DNA from: an uncultured delta proteobacterium
GTDB lineage: Bacteria > Myxococcota > Myxococcia > Myxococcales > Anaeromyxobacteraceae
Length of the DNA: 64,000 bases
Assembly (NCBI GenBank): GCA_963828255.1
Contig: CAWHDZ010000030.1
Coordinates: 128,001-192,000 of the forward strand
Direction: 5' to 3'
The notes beneath the pieces are model-generated. The model saw only the letters and a list, made by a program, of their open reading frames with translations. It was not told where the DNA came from and made no database searches. Of the stretch, positions 1 through 10,680 are shown one piece after another; position 1 is the first letter of the stretch, and the number at the start of each line of letters is the position of its first letter. The position numbers were made by a program, and so were the translations under genes.

Positions 1-415
1 TCACCACCCGGTCCACCTCGGTGGGAGCATCCCTGGAGATCTCCCTCGCCAGGTAGCCTCCCAGGCTCCAGCCGACGAGCCGGACCCTTCGGCCGGTTGC
101 GCGGTGGAGCGCGCCGACGCGCGAGACGAGCAAGGGCAGGAGTCTGCGGACGTCGCCGTCGTTGCGCCCCTGCCCCCAGGGGTGGACTTCGTGGCCCAGG
201 AAGGAGAGGTAGCCACGGAGCAGCGCCGTCGCCGGGTCGCCGGTCGCGAAGCCGGGCAGGACCATCACCGGGCCTCCGTCGCCGCGCGGCGCCCGGGCCA
301 GCGCCGGGGCGCGCAAGAGGAGGCGTGGGAACTCGAGGAGCCCTGCGACCTCGCCCCATGCGGCGCGACGGTCCGGGGGGCGGATCGCTCCCCGCGATTC
401 CGATGCCGGGTTCAA
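1..415 (-). CDS. Alpha/beta-fold hydrolase (esterase/lipase-like), runs off the window start
   Basis: Not in the ORF track. Manual minus-strand translation from TTG at 415 gives ...GDGGPVMVLPGFATGD...GHEVHPWGQGRN...VRLVGWSLGGYLAREISRDAPTEVDRVV, which contains a GxSxG nucleophile elbow. Confidence 0.8.
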   Translation of the reverse strand, partial: MNPASESRGAIRPPDRRAAWGEVAGLLEFPRLLLRAPALARAPRGDGGPVMVLPGFATGDPATALLRGYLSFLGHEVHPWGQGRNDGDVRRLLPLLVSRVGALHRATGRRVRLVGWSLGGYLAREISRDAPTEVDRVV

Positions 416-591
416 CGGGGGTCCCGGGAACCGGGAGCCCACTCCCGCGCGGCGACCGCGCGCCCAGGATCTTCGGCGCCGTCCTGCACCGCTGAGCGGC
501 CGTCCCAGTTCACGCGCACGCGTCCCAGCGTGAGCACCGTCACCACGAGCGCGAGGACGAGGGCGATCGAGGAACGGAGGATGGAGATCAC
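412..591 (-). CDS. Small hypothetical protein (59 aa) with a hydrophobic N-terminus
   Basis: GTG at 591 gives VISILRSSIALVLALVVTVLTLGRVRVNWDG...; its TGA overlaps the TTG start of the hydrolase (TTGA). Confidence 0.4.
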   Translation of the reverse strand: MISILRSSIALVLALVVTVLTLGRVRVNWDGRSAVQDGAEDPGRAVAAREWAPGSRDPR

Positions 592-680
592 GAATCCAAG
601 CCTAAGTCCGGGGGCGACGGTTGCAAGCGCCGGCCGCCCCGCATCACCCCCGCCTTGACCCGAGCCAGGCCGGGCGACAT

Positions 681-1448
681 ATGAGCCCGGTGAGCTTCGC
701 GGTCCCCGGAGATGCCTACGATCGGTTCGTCGGGAGGTACTCCCGGCAGCTGGCGCCGCGCTTCCTCGACTTCACCGGCGTGGAGCGCGGGCCGGTGCTC
801 GAGGTGGGGTGCGGCCCAGGCGCCCTCACCGCCGTCCTGGCCGCCCGGTTCGGCCCGGCGTCCGTCGCGGCGGTCGAGCCATCCGACTCCTTCGCCGCCG
901 CCTGCCGCGCCCGCGTACCCGGAGCCGACGTCCGTGCCGCCGGCGCGGAAGCTCTCCCGTTTCCGGACGACGCGTTCGGCGCCGTGCTCTCGCAGCTCGT
1001 CCTCTCCTTCGTCGGCGACGCGCCTCGGGCCATGGCGGAGATGCTGCGGGTGGTCCGCCCCGGTGGCGCCGTCGCGGCCTGCACCTTCGCGGCCGACGGC
1101 TTCGCCCTCGTCGGCACGTTCTGGCGCGCCGCCCTCCGGCTCGACCCGGCCGCCCCAGACGACGCGCGACTCCCGTTCCGCGACGAGGGATCGCTCCTCG
1201 CCCTCTTCCAAGGCGCGGGCCTGCGGGATGTGACGCTGGGCAAGATCGACCTCGAGGCCCGCTACGAGGACTTCGACGACTACTGGGAGCCGCTCGCCGT
1301 CGGCATCGGCCCGACCGGAAGCTACCTGCTGCGCCAGTCGCTGGCACGGCGAGACGAGCTCCGCGAGGGCTGCCGCGCATTGCTCGGGCGCCCCACTGGC
1401 CCCTTCACCCTTCCCGCAACCGCGATCGCCGTGCGCGGGGTCCGGTAG
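681..1448 (+). CDS. Class I SAM-dependent methyltransferase
   Basis: VLEVGCGPG motif I; AEALPFPDDAF; EMLRVVRPGG; ATG at 681. Confidence 0.9.
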   Translation: MSPVSFAVPGDAYDRFVGRYSRQLAPRFLDFTGVERGPVLEVGCGPGALTAVLAARFGPASVAAVEPSDSFAAACRARVPGADVRAAGAEALPFPDDAFGAVLSQLVLSFVGDAPRAMAEMLRVVRPGGAVAACTFAADGFALVGTFWRAALRLDPAAPDDARLPFRDEGSLLALFQGAGLRDVTLGKIDLEARYEDFDDYWEPLAVGIGPTGSYLLRQSLARRDELREGCRALLGRPTGPFTLPATAIAVRGVR

Positions 1449-1561
1449 GGCTTTCGAGACACTCCACCCGCGGATGACCGCCCGCAGCCCCCCACGAGGC
1501 GCGCTGTCCGCGTCGCCTTCGGCCTCCCGGAACGAAGGCGATCCGTGCTTCCGCGCTCTCC

Positions 1562-2251
1562 TCAGTGGTTGACGCCGTGCGCGACCCGGTTCGTCCGGAA
1601 TCCGCCCGGCCCCCACGAGAAGAGCGCATTCCACGCGCGCCCCTTCACGCGGTCCACCGGTACCGGCCCGAAGACGCGGCTGTCGGCGCTGTGGTCCCGG
1701 TGGTCGCCCACGAGGAAGACCGTCCCGGCGGGCACCACGGTGGGGGGGATGTCTCCGCAGTCGGCGCCGGGCGTGCAGTAGGTGAGGTAGGCATGGTTCC
1801 CCAGCCGTTCCTCGGCCGCGGTGCACCGCTCGGTGCGCCAGGGGCCGCCCTCCATACGGTTCTCGTAGGAGCACGGACCGTCGAGGGGGCGCCGCGGAAC
1901 CGCCTGCCCGTTCAGCCAGAGCGCCCCGTTCCGGACCTCGACGGTGTCGCCGCCCACCGCCACCACCCGCTTGATCAGGTCGTCGTTGCGCGGGTTGCCG
2001 GGAGGCGCCAGCAGCACCACGATGTCGCCCCGCTCCGGCGAGGACCACATGAATTGTGCACGGTCCGTGAATGGCAGGCGAAACCCGTAGGCCCACTTCT
2101 CCACCACCACGTAGTCGCCGATCTGCAGGGTGGGGATCATCGACCCCGACGGGATGTAGACCGCCTCGTAGAGCAACGTCCGGAATGCGAGCACGGCGAG
2201 GATGGTGATCGTCCACCCCCGGATCTCGCGCTTGACCTTCGCCTTGTCCAC
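1562..2251 (-). CDS. lepB: Signal peptidase I
   Basis: IPSGSMIPTLQIGD (catalytic Ser), LIKRVVAVGGD (catalytic Lys), GDHRDHSADSR. Confidence 0.95.
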   Translation of the reverse strand: MDKAKVKREIRGWTITILAVLAFRTLLYEAVYIPSGSMIPTLQIGDYVVVEKWAYGFRLPFTDRAQFMWSSPERGDIVVLLAPPGNPRNDDLIKRVVAVGGDTVEVRNGALWLNGQAVPRRPLDGPCSYENRMEGGPWRTERCTAAEERLGNHAYLTYCTPGADCGDIPPTVVPAGTVFLVGDHRDHSADSRVFGPVPVDRVKGRAWNALFSWGPGGFRTNRVAHGVNH

Positions 2252-2272
2252 GATCTCCGACGGCCCCTTCCC

Positions 2273-3502
2273 TCACTCCGTGCGCATGGCCTCGACCGGA
2301 TCGAGGCGGCTGGCGCGGATGGCCGGGTAGATGCCGAACACGACGCCTGCGCCCGATGCGGAAAGCAGGGACAGTAGCACCGCCCAGGCCGGGACGCTCG
2401 AAGGAATGGCCCAGACCTCGCGGGCCAGGATGGCCCCCCCGGCGCCGAGCAGCACGCCCAGGATGCCGCCCAGGAGCGACAGGGTGACCGCCTCGATGAT
2501 GAACTGGGACAGGATGCGGCGGCGCCGGGCCCCCAGCGCCATGCGGACGCCGATCTCCCGGGTCCGCTCGGCCACCGAGACCAGCATGATGTTCATGACC
2601 CCGATGCCGCCCACGATGAGCGCGAGCAGCGTCACGGCGAAGGTGGCGGCCGCCACGACGGCGGCGAACTGGTTGAAGGTCCCGGTCATGGCCTCGTTGG
2701 TGCGGATGTCGAAGTCGTTCTCCTGGATGCCGCGCAGGCCTCGGATGGACCGCATCCGTGCGATGACCTCGTCCTGGGCCTTGTTGTAGTCCTCGGGCGT
2801 GAGGGCCTGGATGGCGATGTTGTGGTTCGTGACCTTGCCGGTGACCTGGTAGAACGGATCGAGGGGGATGAGCACCCAGCCGTCCCGGCTGCCCCCCAGG
2901 GTGCTGCCCTGCCGCTCGGCGACGCCCACCACCGTGAAGGGGCTCGACCGGATCCGGATCTCCTTGCCGACCGCACTCTCCCCCGGGAAGAGCACGTCGG
3001 CGACGTCGGCGCCCACCACCGCGACCCGCCCCCCGACGGCGATGTCGGTGTCGGTGAAGAAGCGGCCGTCGGCGATGGTGACCGCATTGGCGTACTGGTA
3101 GTCCGGGAGCCCGCCGATGATCTCGATGTTGGGCTTGGTGGCCCTGTCGCGGGTGGCGACCCGTTCCGGGCGGCCGTTGTGGTAGGCCTCGATCGAGACG
3201 TGGCCGACATGGGGCAACGACCGCATCGCCTCCCCCTGCTCGCGGGTCAGGTCCGGTCGCTTGGCGTATTTGGCCCGGTCGAAGTGGCCGAAGGTGGCGG
3301 GCCACTTCTGCACCTGAAAGGACCCGGCCCCCAGCCCCTCCAGGTCCTTGTTCACGCTGATGCGGAAGCCCTCGACGAGCGACATCATCGCGACCACCGT
3401 GGCGGCGCCGATGACGATGCCGAGCAGCGTGAGCAGCGAGCGCAGCGGGTTGCCCCGCAGCGTGCTCAAGGCGAGGCCCATGTTGTCGAGGAAGGCCCTC
3501 AT
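2273..3502 (-). CDS. MacB/FtsX-family ABC transporter permease
   Basis: Starts [12 protein letters not shown] at 3502; [50 protein letters not shown]. Confidence 0.93.
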   Translation of the reverse strand: MRAFLDNMGLALSTLRGNPLRSLLTLLGIVIGAATVVAMMSLVEGFRISVNKDLEGLGAGSFQVQKWPATFGHFDRAKYAKRPDLTREQGEAMRSLPHVGHVSIEAYHNGRPERVATRDRATKPNIEIIGGLPDYQYANAVTIADGRFFTDTDIAVGGRVAVVGADVADVLFPGESAVGKEIRIRSSPFTVVGVAERQGSTLGGSRDGWVLIPLDPFYQVTGKVTNHNIAIQALTPEDYNKAQDEVIARMRSIRGLRGIQENDFDIRTNEAMTGTFNQFAAVVAAATFAVTLLALIVGGIGVMNIMLVSVAERTREIGVRMALGARRRRILSQFIIEAVTLSLLGGILGVLLGAGGAILAREVWAIPSSVPAWAVLLSLLSASGAGVVFGIYPAIRASRLDPVEAMRTE

Positions 3503-4746
3503 TCGTAGCGCAGCGCCTCCACCGGATCGAGGTTGGCGGCGCGCCAGGCCGGCCAGATGCCGAAGATGAGCCCCGTCGCCGTCGAGAAGGCGATTCCGAA
3601 CACAACGGCTGAGAGCGTGGCGGCGGCCGCCAGCGGGGAGAGGAGGGCGACGAGCATCGCCACCCCCAGCCCGACCGCCGTCCCCACCGCTCCGCCCAGC
3701 GCCGCCACCGCCGCCGACTCGATGAGGAACTGCATGAGGATGGTGCTGCGGCGCGCCCCCAGGGCACGGCGCACGCCGATCTCGCGGGTCCGCTCGTGCA
3801 CCGAGACCAGCATGATGTTCATGATGCCGATGCCGCCCACGATGAGCGTGATGAGCCCCACCCCCACCGCCATGCCGTAGAGGGCGCCGGTGAGCTGCTT
3901 GTACAGCTTGAGGAACTGCTCCTGCCGGTTGAAGGCGAAGTCGTCGGGCTTGCCGGGGAGGACGTGCCGGGCCCTGCGCAGGATGGGGGTGAGTTCGCTC
4001 TCCAGCTCCGAGACCTTCCCGGGCGGGGCCGCCACCGAGAGCACCATGTTGCGCTGGGTCCCGAAGATCCGGCCGAAACTGGGGTGGGGCATGATGGCCA
4101 CGTTGTCGAGCGGCATGCCGAGCATCTGCCCCTGCCGCTCGAGCACCCCCACCACCTGGAACGGGCGCCCGGCCACCAGCACCTTCTTGCCCACCGCTGC
4201 CGCGACCGGCTCGTCGGGGAAGAGCCGGTCCACCACGTCGGTGCCGAGCACGACCGACGGCCGGACCAGCTCCACGTCGCCGGCCACCAGGAACCGTCCG
4301 GCCTGCACCGAGCCGCCGTTCGCGTTCAGGTACTCCTCGCTCGTGCCCCGGATGATCACGCTCTCCAGCTCGACGTTGCCGCGCGCCACCTTGCCGCGGA
4401 CGCCGGACATGGGGGCGACCGACAGGGCGAGCTGGGACTCGCGCTGGACGGCCTTGAGCTCCTCCACCGTAATCTTCTTTCGGTTGCGGTACATCCACCA
4501 GGTGTCGTCGCTCTGGATCCAGGGATGGCGGTCCACGTAGAGCGTGTGGGCGCCCAGGAACTGGATCTGCTCCTCGAAGCTGCGGTCGAGCCCCTGGATG
4601 ATGGCCACGATGGCGATCACCGTCGAGACGCCGATGACGATCCCCAGCGTGGTGAGGAAGGTGCGCAGGCGCGCGCCCACGAGCGCCCCGAAGGCGATGC
4701 GGAAGCCCTCGACGAGCTCCGCCCAGGCGCGGCGGGCCCTCTTCAC
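3499..4746 (-). CDS. MacB/FtsX-family ABC transporter permease (second paralogue)
   Basis: GTG at 4746 overlaps the upstream stop; [50 protein letters not shown]. Confidence 0.93.
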   Translation of the reverse strand: MKRARRAWAELVEGFRIAFGALVGARLRTFLTTLGIVIGVSTVIAIVAIIQGLDRSFEEQIQFLGAHTLYVDRHPWIQSDDTWWMYRNRKKITVEELKAVQRESQLALSVAPMSGVRGKVARGNVELESVIIRGTSEEYLNANGGSVQAGRFLVAGDVELVRPSVVLGTDVVDRLFPDEPVAAAVGKKVLVAGRPFQVVGVLERQGQMLGMPLDNVAIMPHPSFGRIFGTQRNMVLSVAAPPGKVSELESELTPILRRARHVLPGKPDDFAFNRQEQFLKLYKQLTGALYGMAVGVGLITLIVGGIGIMNIMLVSVHERTREIGVRRALGARRSTILMQFLIESAAVAALGGAVGTAVGLGVAMLVALLSPLAAAATLSAVVFGIAFSTATGLIFGIWPAWRAANLDPVEALRYE

Positions 4747-5492
4747 GCGACCGCCCCGTGGTGCGGCGGCTGGAGCGGGGGTGCGCCGATGGTCGCCACC
4801 TCGGCGCCCGGGCCGTCGGCCACCACCTTGCCGTCGGAGAGCCGGATGGCGCGCGGGCAGCGGGCCGCGAGGCGCGGCTCGTGGGTGACGAGAAGGATGG
4901 TGTGGCCACGCTGGTTCAGCTCCCCGAAGAGCCGGATGATGTCCTCGCCGGTGGCGCTGTCCAGGTTGCCGGTGGGCTCGTCGGCGAGCAGCAGAGAAGG
5001 GTTTCCCACCAGCGCCCGGGCGATGGCGACGCGCTGCCGCTGCCCTCCCGAGAGCTCGTTGGGCTTGTGGTGCATGCGATTTCCCAGCCCCACCGACTCG
5101 AGCGCCTGGACCGCCTTCTCCTTCCGCTCCTTGCGGGGGAGACCGCGGTAGACCAGCGGCAGCTCCACGTTGGCGAGCGCGGTGGATCGGGAGAGCAGCT
5201 GGAAGGTCTGGAAGACGAAGCCGATCTCGGTGTTGCGCAGGTCGGCCAGCTGATCGTCGCTCATCTTCTCGACGTCGTTGCCGTTGATCCGGTAGGAGCC
5301 GCCGGTGGGGGTGTCGAGCGCGCCGATGAGGTTCATGAGCGTGGACTTGCCGGAACCCGACTGCCCCACCACCGCCACCCACTCCCCGCGCCGGACGTCG
5401 AAGGAGACGCCGTCGAGGGCGCGGACCTCCTCCTCCCCGACCTTGTAGTGGCGGGTCAGGTTCTCCACCGAGATGAGGGGGGCCTCGGTCAC
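4743..5492 (-). CDS. ABC transporter ATP-binding protein (LolD/MacB type)
   Basis: Walker [10 protein letters not shown], signature LSGGQRQR, Walker [13 protein letters not shown]. Confidence 0.95.
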   Translation of the reverse strand: MTEAPLISVENLTRHYKVGEEEVRALDGVSFDVRRGEWVAVVGQSGSGKSTLMNLIGALDTPTGGSYRINGNDVEKMSDDQLADLRNTEIGFVFQTFQLLSRSTALANVELPLVYRGLPRKERKEKAVQALESVGLGNRMHHKPNELSGGQRQRVAIARALVGNPSLLLADEPTGNLDSATGEDIIRLFGELNQRGHTILLVTHEPRLAARCPRAIRLSDGKVVADGPGAEVATIGAPPLQPPHHGAVA

Positions 5493-6814
5493 GACCCGCT
5501 CGCTTCCTTCTTGGTCTTGGTCTCGCCCGACACCTTGGGCCCCGCCTTCTCCTTGTCCTTCTCGGGCTTCTCGGTCTTGACGGGCTTGCCGTCGGCGAGC
5601 TCGCGCGAGAGCAGCTTGTAGGGCCCCTCCACGATCACCTCGCCCTCCTTCACGCCGGACACGAGCTCGATGTCGTTCTCGCTGGCGAGGCCGGTCTCGA
5701 CCCGGCGGACCCGGGCCTTGCCCTCCTCGACCACGAAGACCACCTTCTGGAGGGGCTCGCGCGTGGCCTTCTTGACCCCCGTCGCCGCGGGCGCCGCCTC
5801 GGGGGCCCCGCCGTCCTTGGGATCCTTTCCGGCCGCGAGCTGCTTCTCGGTGCGCACCGTGACCGCCTGGAGCGGGACGATGAGCGCCAGGTCGTGGGTC
5901 TCGGTGGAGATGGTGGCCTGCCCGCTCATGCCCGGCAGCGCGCCCGGCACGGGCACGGTGAGCGCGATGCGGACCGGGAAGGTGGTGACCTCGGCGTCGG
6001 TCCCGGCGTTCTTCACCGTGGCGTTCTTGGCGATCTCGATGACCTGGGCAGGGAACTTCCGGTCCGGGAAGGCGTCGATCTCGATCTCGGCGGCGTCCCC
6101 CTCGTGCAGGTGGACCACCTCGTGCTCGCCCACCTCGACCTTCATCTCCATGCTGGAGAGGGTGGCGATGATGACGATGGGGTCCTCGTTGAAGTCGGAG
6201 CCGCGCACCCGCTCGCCCACCTGCTTCAGGCGGGAGGTGAGGATGCCGTCGATGGGGGCGGTGAGGGTGGTGAAGGAGAGCAGGAAGCGGGCCTCCGCCA
6301 GGCTCGCGCTGGCGTTCCGGATGCGGTCCTTGGCCGACTGCACGCGGGCGGCGGCGCCGTCACGCTCGGCCACGATCTTCTCCAGCTCGGCGGCGCTGGC
6401 GCTGTCCTGCTTGACGAGCTTCTCCACGCGCTTCACGTCGGCCTCGAGCCTGGCCAGGTTGACCTCCTCCACCGACAGGTCCGAGCGGGCGCTCTGCTCC
6501 ATGGCCTCGCGCTGGTGCAGCTGGGCCTCGTAGCGCCGCGAGTCGATGCGCCCGATGTACTGCCCCTTCTTGATCTTGTCCCCCTCGCGCACCGGCAGGT
6601 CGAGCAGGTCGCCGGAGAGGTTGGAGGAGAGCTTCACCTGCGTGGCGGCCTGGAGCTTTCCGGCGGCCGAGACCTTGCGGGTGATGGGCCCCTTGCGGAC
6701 CGTCGAGGTCTGCACGGTGACGGGCGGGTCCTTCTTGGGGGCGAGCGACGCGCCCACGATGCCGACGACGGCGAGCACGAAGACGGCGACGATGATGCGC
6801 TTGGTCCAGGACAT
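5489..6814 (-). CDS. Periplasmic adaptor / membrane fusion protein (MacA/YknX-like)
   Basis: N-terminal TM anchor, lipoyl half-motifs ([19 protein letters not shown]), coiled-coil hairpin, [10 protein letters not shown]. Confidence 0.92.
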   Translation of the reverse strand: MSWTKRIIVAVFVLAVVGIVGASLAPKKDPPVTVQTSTVRKGPITRKVSAAGKLQAATQVKLSSNLSGDLLDLPVREGDKIKKGQYIGRIDSRRYEAQLHQREAMEQSARSDLSVEEVNLARLEADVKRVEKLVKQDSASAAELEKIVAERDGAAARVQSAKDRIRNASASLAEARFLLSFTTLTAPIDGILTSRLKQVGERVRGSDFNEDPIVIIATLSSMEMKVEVGEHEVVHLHEGDAAEIEIDAFPDRKFPAQVIEIAKNATVKNAGTDAEVTTFPVRIALTVPVPGALPGMSGQATISTETHDLALIVPLQAVTVRTEKQLAAGKDPKDGGAPEAAPAATGVKKATREPLQKVVFVVEEGKARVRRVETGLASENDIELVSGVKEGEVIVEGPYKLLSRELADGKPVKTEKPEKDKEKAGPKVSGETKTKKEASGS

Positions 6815-6833
6815 GGAACGGGCTTCCTTTCGG

Positions 6834-8201
6834 CTACAGCGCGCCGCCCACGGCGCGGTTCAGGTCGGCGCGGGCGATGATGGCGTCGATGCGGGCCTGG
6901 AGCAGGACGAGCTCGGCCCGGGTGAGGTTGAGAAGCGCGTCGCGGACCTCGACCTGGGTCCCGGCGCCGGCGTCGTAGCGCCGCTCGGCGAGGGTCATGT
7001 TCTCCCGGGCCGACCGGAGGTTCTCCTCCGCGAGCACGGCCGAGGTGGAGAGGGTCTGGTAGCCGACGCGGGAGCGGGCGATCTCGCTCGTGACCGTCAG
7101 TAAATTTTGCTCGGAGACCAGCCGGATCCGCTGGTCGTTCAGGTTGGCGCGCTGGACGTTGGCGCTCGTGGTCCGCCCCTCGAAGAGGTTCCAGTTCACC
7201 GCGATGCCGAAGGTGGCCACGTACTGGCCGGTGGGGTCCCCCCACACGCCCTGCGGGCCGGCGATGTACGGCCCCTGGCGGTTGTAGCTCGCCTGGGCCG
7301 ACACGTTCGGATAGTAGCCGGCATGGGCGGAGCGGATCTCCTCGGAGGCGGCCTGGATCCTCTGCTCGTCGGCGTTGAGCAGGGGACGCTTGCGCCGGGC
7401 CAGGTCCACCAGGGCCGCCTGCACGGGGGGCTCCCGGAACGCCACCTTGTCGAGGTCGACCGGCGGGACGACCCTCAGCTCGGGATCGGCGCCGCGGCCC
7501 AGCGCGAGGGAGAGCGCCACCCTGGCGTCGCTCACCCGGGCCAGCTGCTGCTCGGCCGAGATGCGGTCGTTGCCGAGCGTGACCCGCGCCGCCCAGGTCT
7601 CGCTGCGGGGGGCGCGGCCGGCCTCGTAGAGGGCGTCGGTGCGCCGGACCAGGATCTCGCTGCGCTGCACCGCCTCCTGCAGCACCTTGAGGCTGCGCTC
7701 GGCGCGAACGACCTCGTAGAACCGCCTGGTGACGTCGAAGGCCACGTTGAGCGAGGCCTCGTCGTAGGTCTTGTCGGCGGCGCGCAGCAGGGCCTTGGCC
7801 CGGGCGATCGTGGCCCAGTTCCGCATGCCGTCGAAGATGGGGACCCTGAGGGTGAGGCCGAGGGCGTACTGCTCGACGTAGTTCGCCGGCAGCGACTGCA
7901 GATCCTGCTTGTAGCCGATGTCGATCACGGCGCCGGACGGGTCTCTCACCAAGACGATGCTCGCGATGTCCTGGACGCTTGGCGCCGTGTACTGGCCTCC
8001 GAAGGTGGCGTCCAGATCGAGACGGGGCAGCACGCCGGCCCAGCTGGCGTACTCCTCCACGCCCACCAGCGCCCGGTCGGTCCCGGCGATCTTGAGTTCC
8101 ACGTTGGATCGGGCGGCCGAGGCCAGCGCCTCGTCGAGCGTGATGGGCCCGGTGTCGGCCGCGGCGATCGCGAGGGGAAGCAGGAGCAGGATCGGGTGCA
8201 T
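6834..8201 (-). CDS. TolC-family outer membrane efflux protein
   Basis: Signal peptide MHPILLLLPLAIAA; ITLDEAL; PIFDG and WNLFEG repeats; RRYDAGAGTQVEVRDA. Confidence 0.9.
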   Translation of the reverse strand: MHPILLLLPLAIAAADTGPITLDEALASAARSNVELKIAGTDRALVGVEEYASWAGVLPRLDLDATFGGQYTAPSVQDIASIVLVRDPSGAVIDIGYKQDLQSLPANYVEQYALGLTLRVPIFDGMRNWATIARAKALLRAADKTYDEASLNVAFDVTRRFYEVVRAERSLKVLQEAVQRSEILVRRTDALYEAGRAPRSETWAARVTLGNDRISAEQQLARVSDARVALSLALGRGADPELRVVPPVDLDKVAFREPPVQAALVDLARRKRPLLNADEQRIQAASEEIRSAHAGYYPNVSAQASYNRQGPYIAGPQGVWGDPTGQYVATFGIAVNWNLFEGRTTSANVQRANLNDQRIRLVSEQNLLTVTSEIARSRVGYQTLSTSAVLAEENLRSARENMTLAERRYDAGAGTQVEVRDALLNLTRAELVLLQARIDAIIARADLNRAVGGAL

Positions 8202-8203
8202 GT

Positions 8204-8911
8204 CTACCTCGGGCCCCCCAGGGTGGGGAGCGCCACCTGGAAGACCGCCACGTAGGAGAGCCAGAGGACGACCACGGTCACGAGCGCGCGCCGGACCGGG
8301 ACCTTCGCCACGCCGGCCATCCCGGCGGCCACGATCCAGACCGACCAGATCGCGAACAGGTCCATCGCCCCGAGGAACGAGGCGAGCGGGCCGGTCATGC
8401 CCGCCGGGAGGAGCACGCCCAGGTTGCCGGGCAGGACGGAGGCGAGCTGCTCGACCGGGATCGTCTTGCGCATGAGCAGCGCGGGCACGCTCAGGATCCC
8501 CTCGATGGCCCCGGGCAGGAGCGCCCAGCACGCCACCGTGAAGGTCTGGGGGAAGCCGGGCTTGTCGCCGACCACCCGGAAGGCCAGCCAGAGCCCGAAC
8601 GCGGCCAGGAGCGCGGAGAGCCCGGTGCCGAAGGCGGCCCCGGTGTAGGCCGCCAGCGCGCCCACCTTGCGCCCCTGCTCCAGCTTCACCTCCCGGTCGT
8701 GGGGGGTCATCTGGGCCGCGCCCTCGCTCCGGTCGAGCGCGTCAGCGACGGCCCGCTCGAAGTCGATGCGCGGCACGGCCACGATGGCGAAGATCAGCGC
8801 CGCGGCGGTGGCGAGCAGGAGCGGCACCCAGTACTGCCGCTGCTCCGCGGCGCGGGGGAGCTGGGTGGTGGGGTGGAGGAGGGGGGACTGGGCGAATCGT
8901 TCGGCGGACAT
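8204..8911 (-). CDS. Yip1/YknW-like integral membrane protein
   Basis: About five hydrophobic segments, DLFAIWS motif; first gene of the MacAB-TolC-type operon. Confidence 0.7.
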   Translation of the reverse strand: MSAERFAQSPLLHPTTQLPRAAEQRQYWVPLLLATAAALIFAIVAVPRIDFERAVADALDRSEGAAQMTPHDREVKLEQGRKVGALAAYTGAAFGTGLSALLAAFGLWLAFRVVGDKPGFPQTFTVACWALLPGAIEGILSVPALLMRKTIPVEQLASVLPGNLGVLLPAGMTGPLASFLGAMDLFAIWSVWIVAAGMAGVAKVPVRRALVTVVVLWLSYVAVFQVALPTLGGPR

Positions 8912-9057
8912 TGGTCTCCCGTCTGGGACCGACGCTCCAACGGATGGGGCGCGACCTTATTTCAGAGGGAAGGTCGAGGTGGTGGGGGAAAGTGTGGCCG
9001 TGCTCTTACTGCGAAAACGGCCGTCGCGCCACGATTCCGAGGGGTTACCCCCATGCG

Positions 9058-10578
9058 TTACCGGTGCGCCGCGATCTCCAGCCGCCGCCCGAAGACCTTG
9101 CGAAACAGGACACCCTCCCGCTCCGCATCCCAGATCTCCAGGTCGATCGGCCCCCGCGACCGGAGCGAGATCCGGACCGCCCCTCCGGAACCCTGGACGC
9201 GGACCCCCTTCACGAGCTGGTGGTGGCTTCGGTCGCAGGAATCGGCGAGGCGAAGCAGGGTGGCGAGCTTGCGGACGGTGCGGAAGTCGGCCGGCGTGAG
9301 CACGGCCAGGTCGGGGCGGTCCCGGTCGGGCGGGCTGCGCCGGTGGTACCGGGCCACGAGCGCCACGATCTCCCGCTCCTTGTCGGAGAAGCCGGGGATG
9401 TCGCCGTTCGCGATCAGGTAGAAGGTGTGCTTGTGGTGCCTGGAGTAGCTGACGGCGCTCCCCACGTCGTGGAGCAGCGCCGCCGCCTCCATGACGGGGC
9501 GGGCCGAGGCGGGCAGGCCGTGCAGGCTGGCCAGTTCGTCGAAGAGCGTGAGCGCCACCCGAGACACCTGATCGGCGTGGGCCTCGTCGAACGCGAAGCG
9601 GCGTCCAAGCGCCCGGGCGGCCTCGCCCGTGCTGGCGTCGGGCGCGTGGCGGGCCTGCCGCTCCAGCATGTCCACGAGCAGCCCTTGCCGCAGCCCGGTC
9701 TCGACCGCGGTCACGCTCTCCAGGCCGAGCGCGCCCATGAGCGCCTCCAGCACCACCGCACCGGCCACGACGATCTCCCCGCGGCGGGCGTCGAAGATGC
9801 GCCGCCGCTCGTCGAGCCCCATGTCGGCGAGCACGCCGACGGCGCGCCGGATCCGCTTGCGGGTGGCCACCTTGCCGCCGCCCTCGGCGGCGAAGGAGAC
9901 GATGGTGCCGATGGTCCCCGAGCTGCCCAGCGCGCGGTGCGGGTGGGCGAAGCGCGGGAGCGAGCGCTGGAAGGCCTCGGCCGCGAAGGTGCGCATGAGC
10001 TCGAGCTGTTTCGGCGACACCTTTCCCATCGAGTCGAAGGTCTCGGCGAGCCGCACCGAGCCGATGGCCACGCTGTAGAGGCTCGTGGGGTGGTCGCCCA
10101 CCGCGACCGCGATCTCGGTGGAGCCGCCGCCGATGTCCACGACCAGGTTCCGGGCCCGCGGGGGCTGGCCGCGCAGGACGCCGAGCGCGATGAGGCGCGC
10201 CTCCTCCTTGCCGGAGATGACCTCGAGCTCGAGCCCGGTGGCGGCGCGCACCCGGGCCACCACGTCGGGGCCGTTCTTGGCCTCGCGGACGGCGCTCGTC
10301 GCCACCGCCCGGACCAGCGCCCGGTGGCGGCGGGCCAGGGCCGCGTAACGCCGGAGCGTGGAGAGGAGCCGCTGCTCGACCTCCTTCGGGATGCGGCCGG
10401 TCTTGAAGACCCCTTCGCCGGGGCGGACGGGGTCACGCTCGGTGTGGACGAAGTCGAACGAGCCGTCGGGGAGCGGCCGGGCCAGCTCCAGCCGGACCGC
10501 GTTGGTGCCCACGTCGATGGCGCCGAGGATCCGGGAGTGGGGCCCGCGGGAGGGGGATGCGCTGCGCGAGGTGGGCAC
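9058..10578 (-). CDS. ppx: Ppx/GppA exopolyphosphatase with HD domain
   Basis: AIDVGTNAVRL, VATSAVREA, ISGKEEARL, DIGGGSTE, AALLHDVG. Start chosen at GTG 10578 and is approximate. Confidence 0.92.
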   Translation of the reverse strand: MPTSRSASPSRGPHSRILGAIDVGTNAVRLELARPLPDGSFDFVHTERDPVRPGEGVFKTGRIPKEVEQRLLSTLRRYAALARRHRALVRAVATSAVREAKNGPDVVARVRAATGLELEVISGKEEARLIALGVLRGQPPRARNLVVDIGGGSTEIAVAVGDHPTSLYSVAIGSVRLAETFDSMGKVSPKQLELMRTFAAEAFQRSLPRFAHPHRALGSSGTIGTIVSFAAEGGGKVATRKRIRRAVGVLADMGLDERRRIFDARRGEIVVAGAVVLEALMGALGLESVTAVETGLRQGLLVDMLERQARHAPDASTGEAARALGRRFAFDEAHADQVSRVALTLFDELASLHGLPASARPVMEAAALLHDVGSAVSYSRHHKHTFYLIANGDIPGFSDKEREIVALVARYHRRSPPDRDRPDLAVLTPADFRTVRKLATLLRLADSCDRSHHQLVKGVRVQGSGGAVRISLRSRGPIDLEIWDAEREGVLFRKVFGRRLEIAAHR

Positions 10579-10680
10579 GGGATTCCAGGTTACCGCGCCG
10601 ATGCCCGAGATGCCCTCCGAATCGGGGAATGGCTCCCTTTCGTCTCGGGCGCGGAGGAACTCCGCCGCTAGAATGAACGG

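Noticed and set aside
588..3767. 1059-aa minus-strand ORF and similar long Arg/Gly/Pro-rich ORFs (11163-14351, 47491-50412, 51829-54561)
   Set aside because: These are alternative-frame or antisense shadows of well-supported genes.
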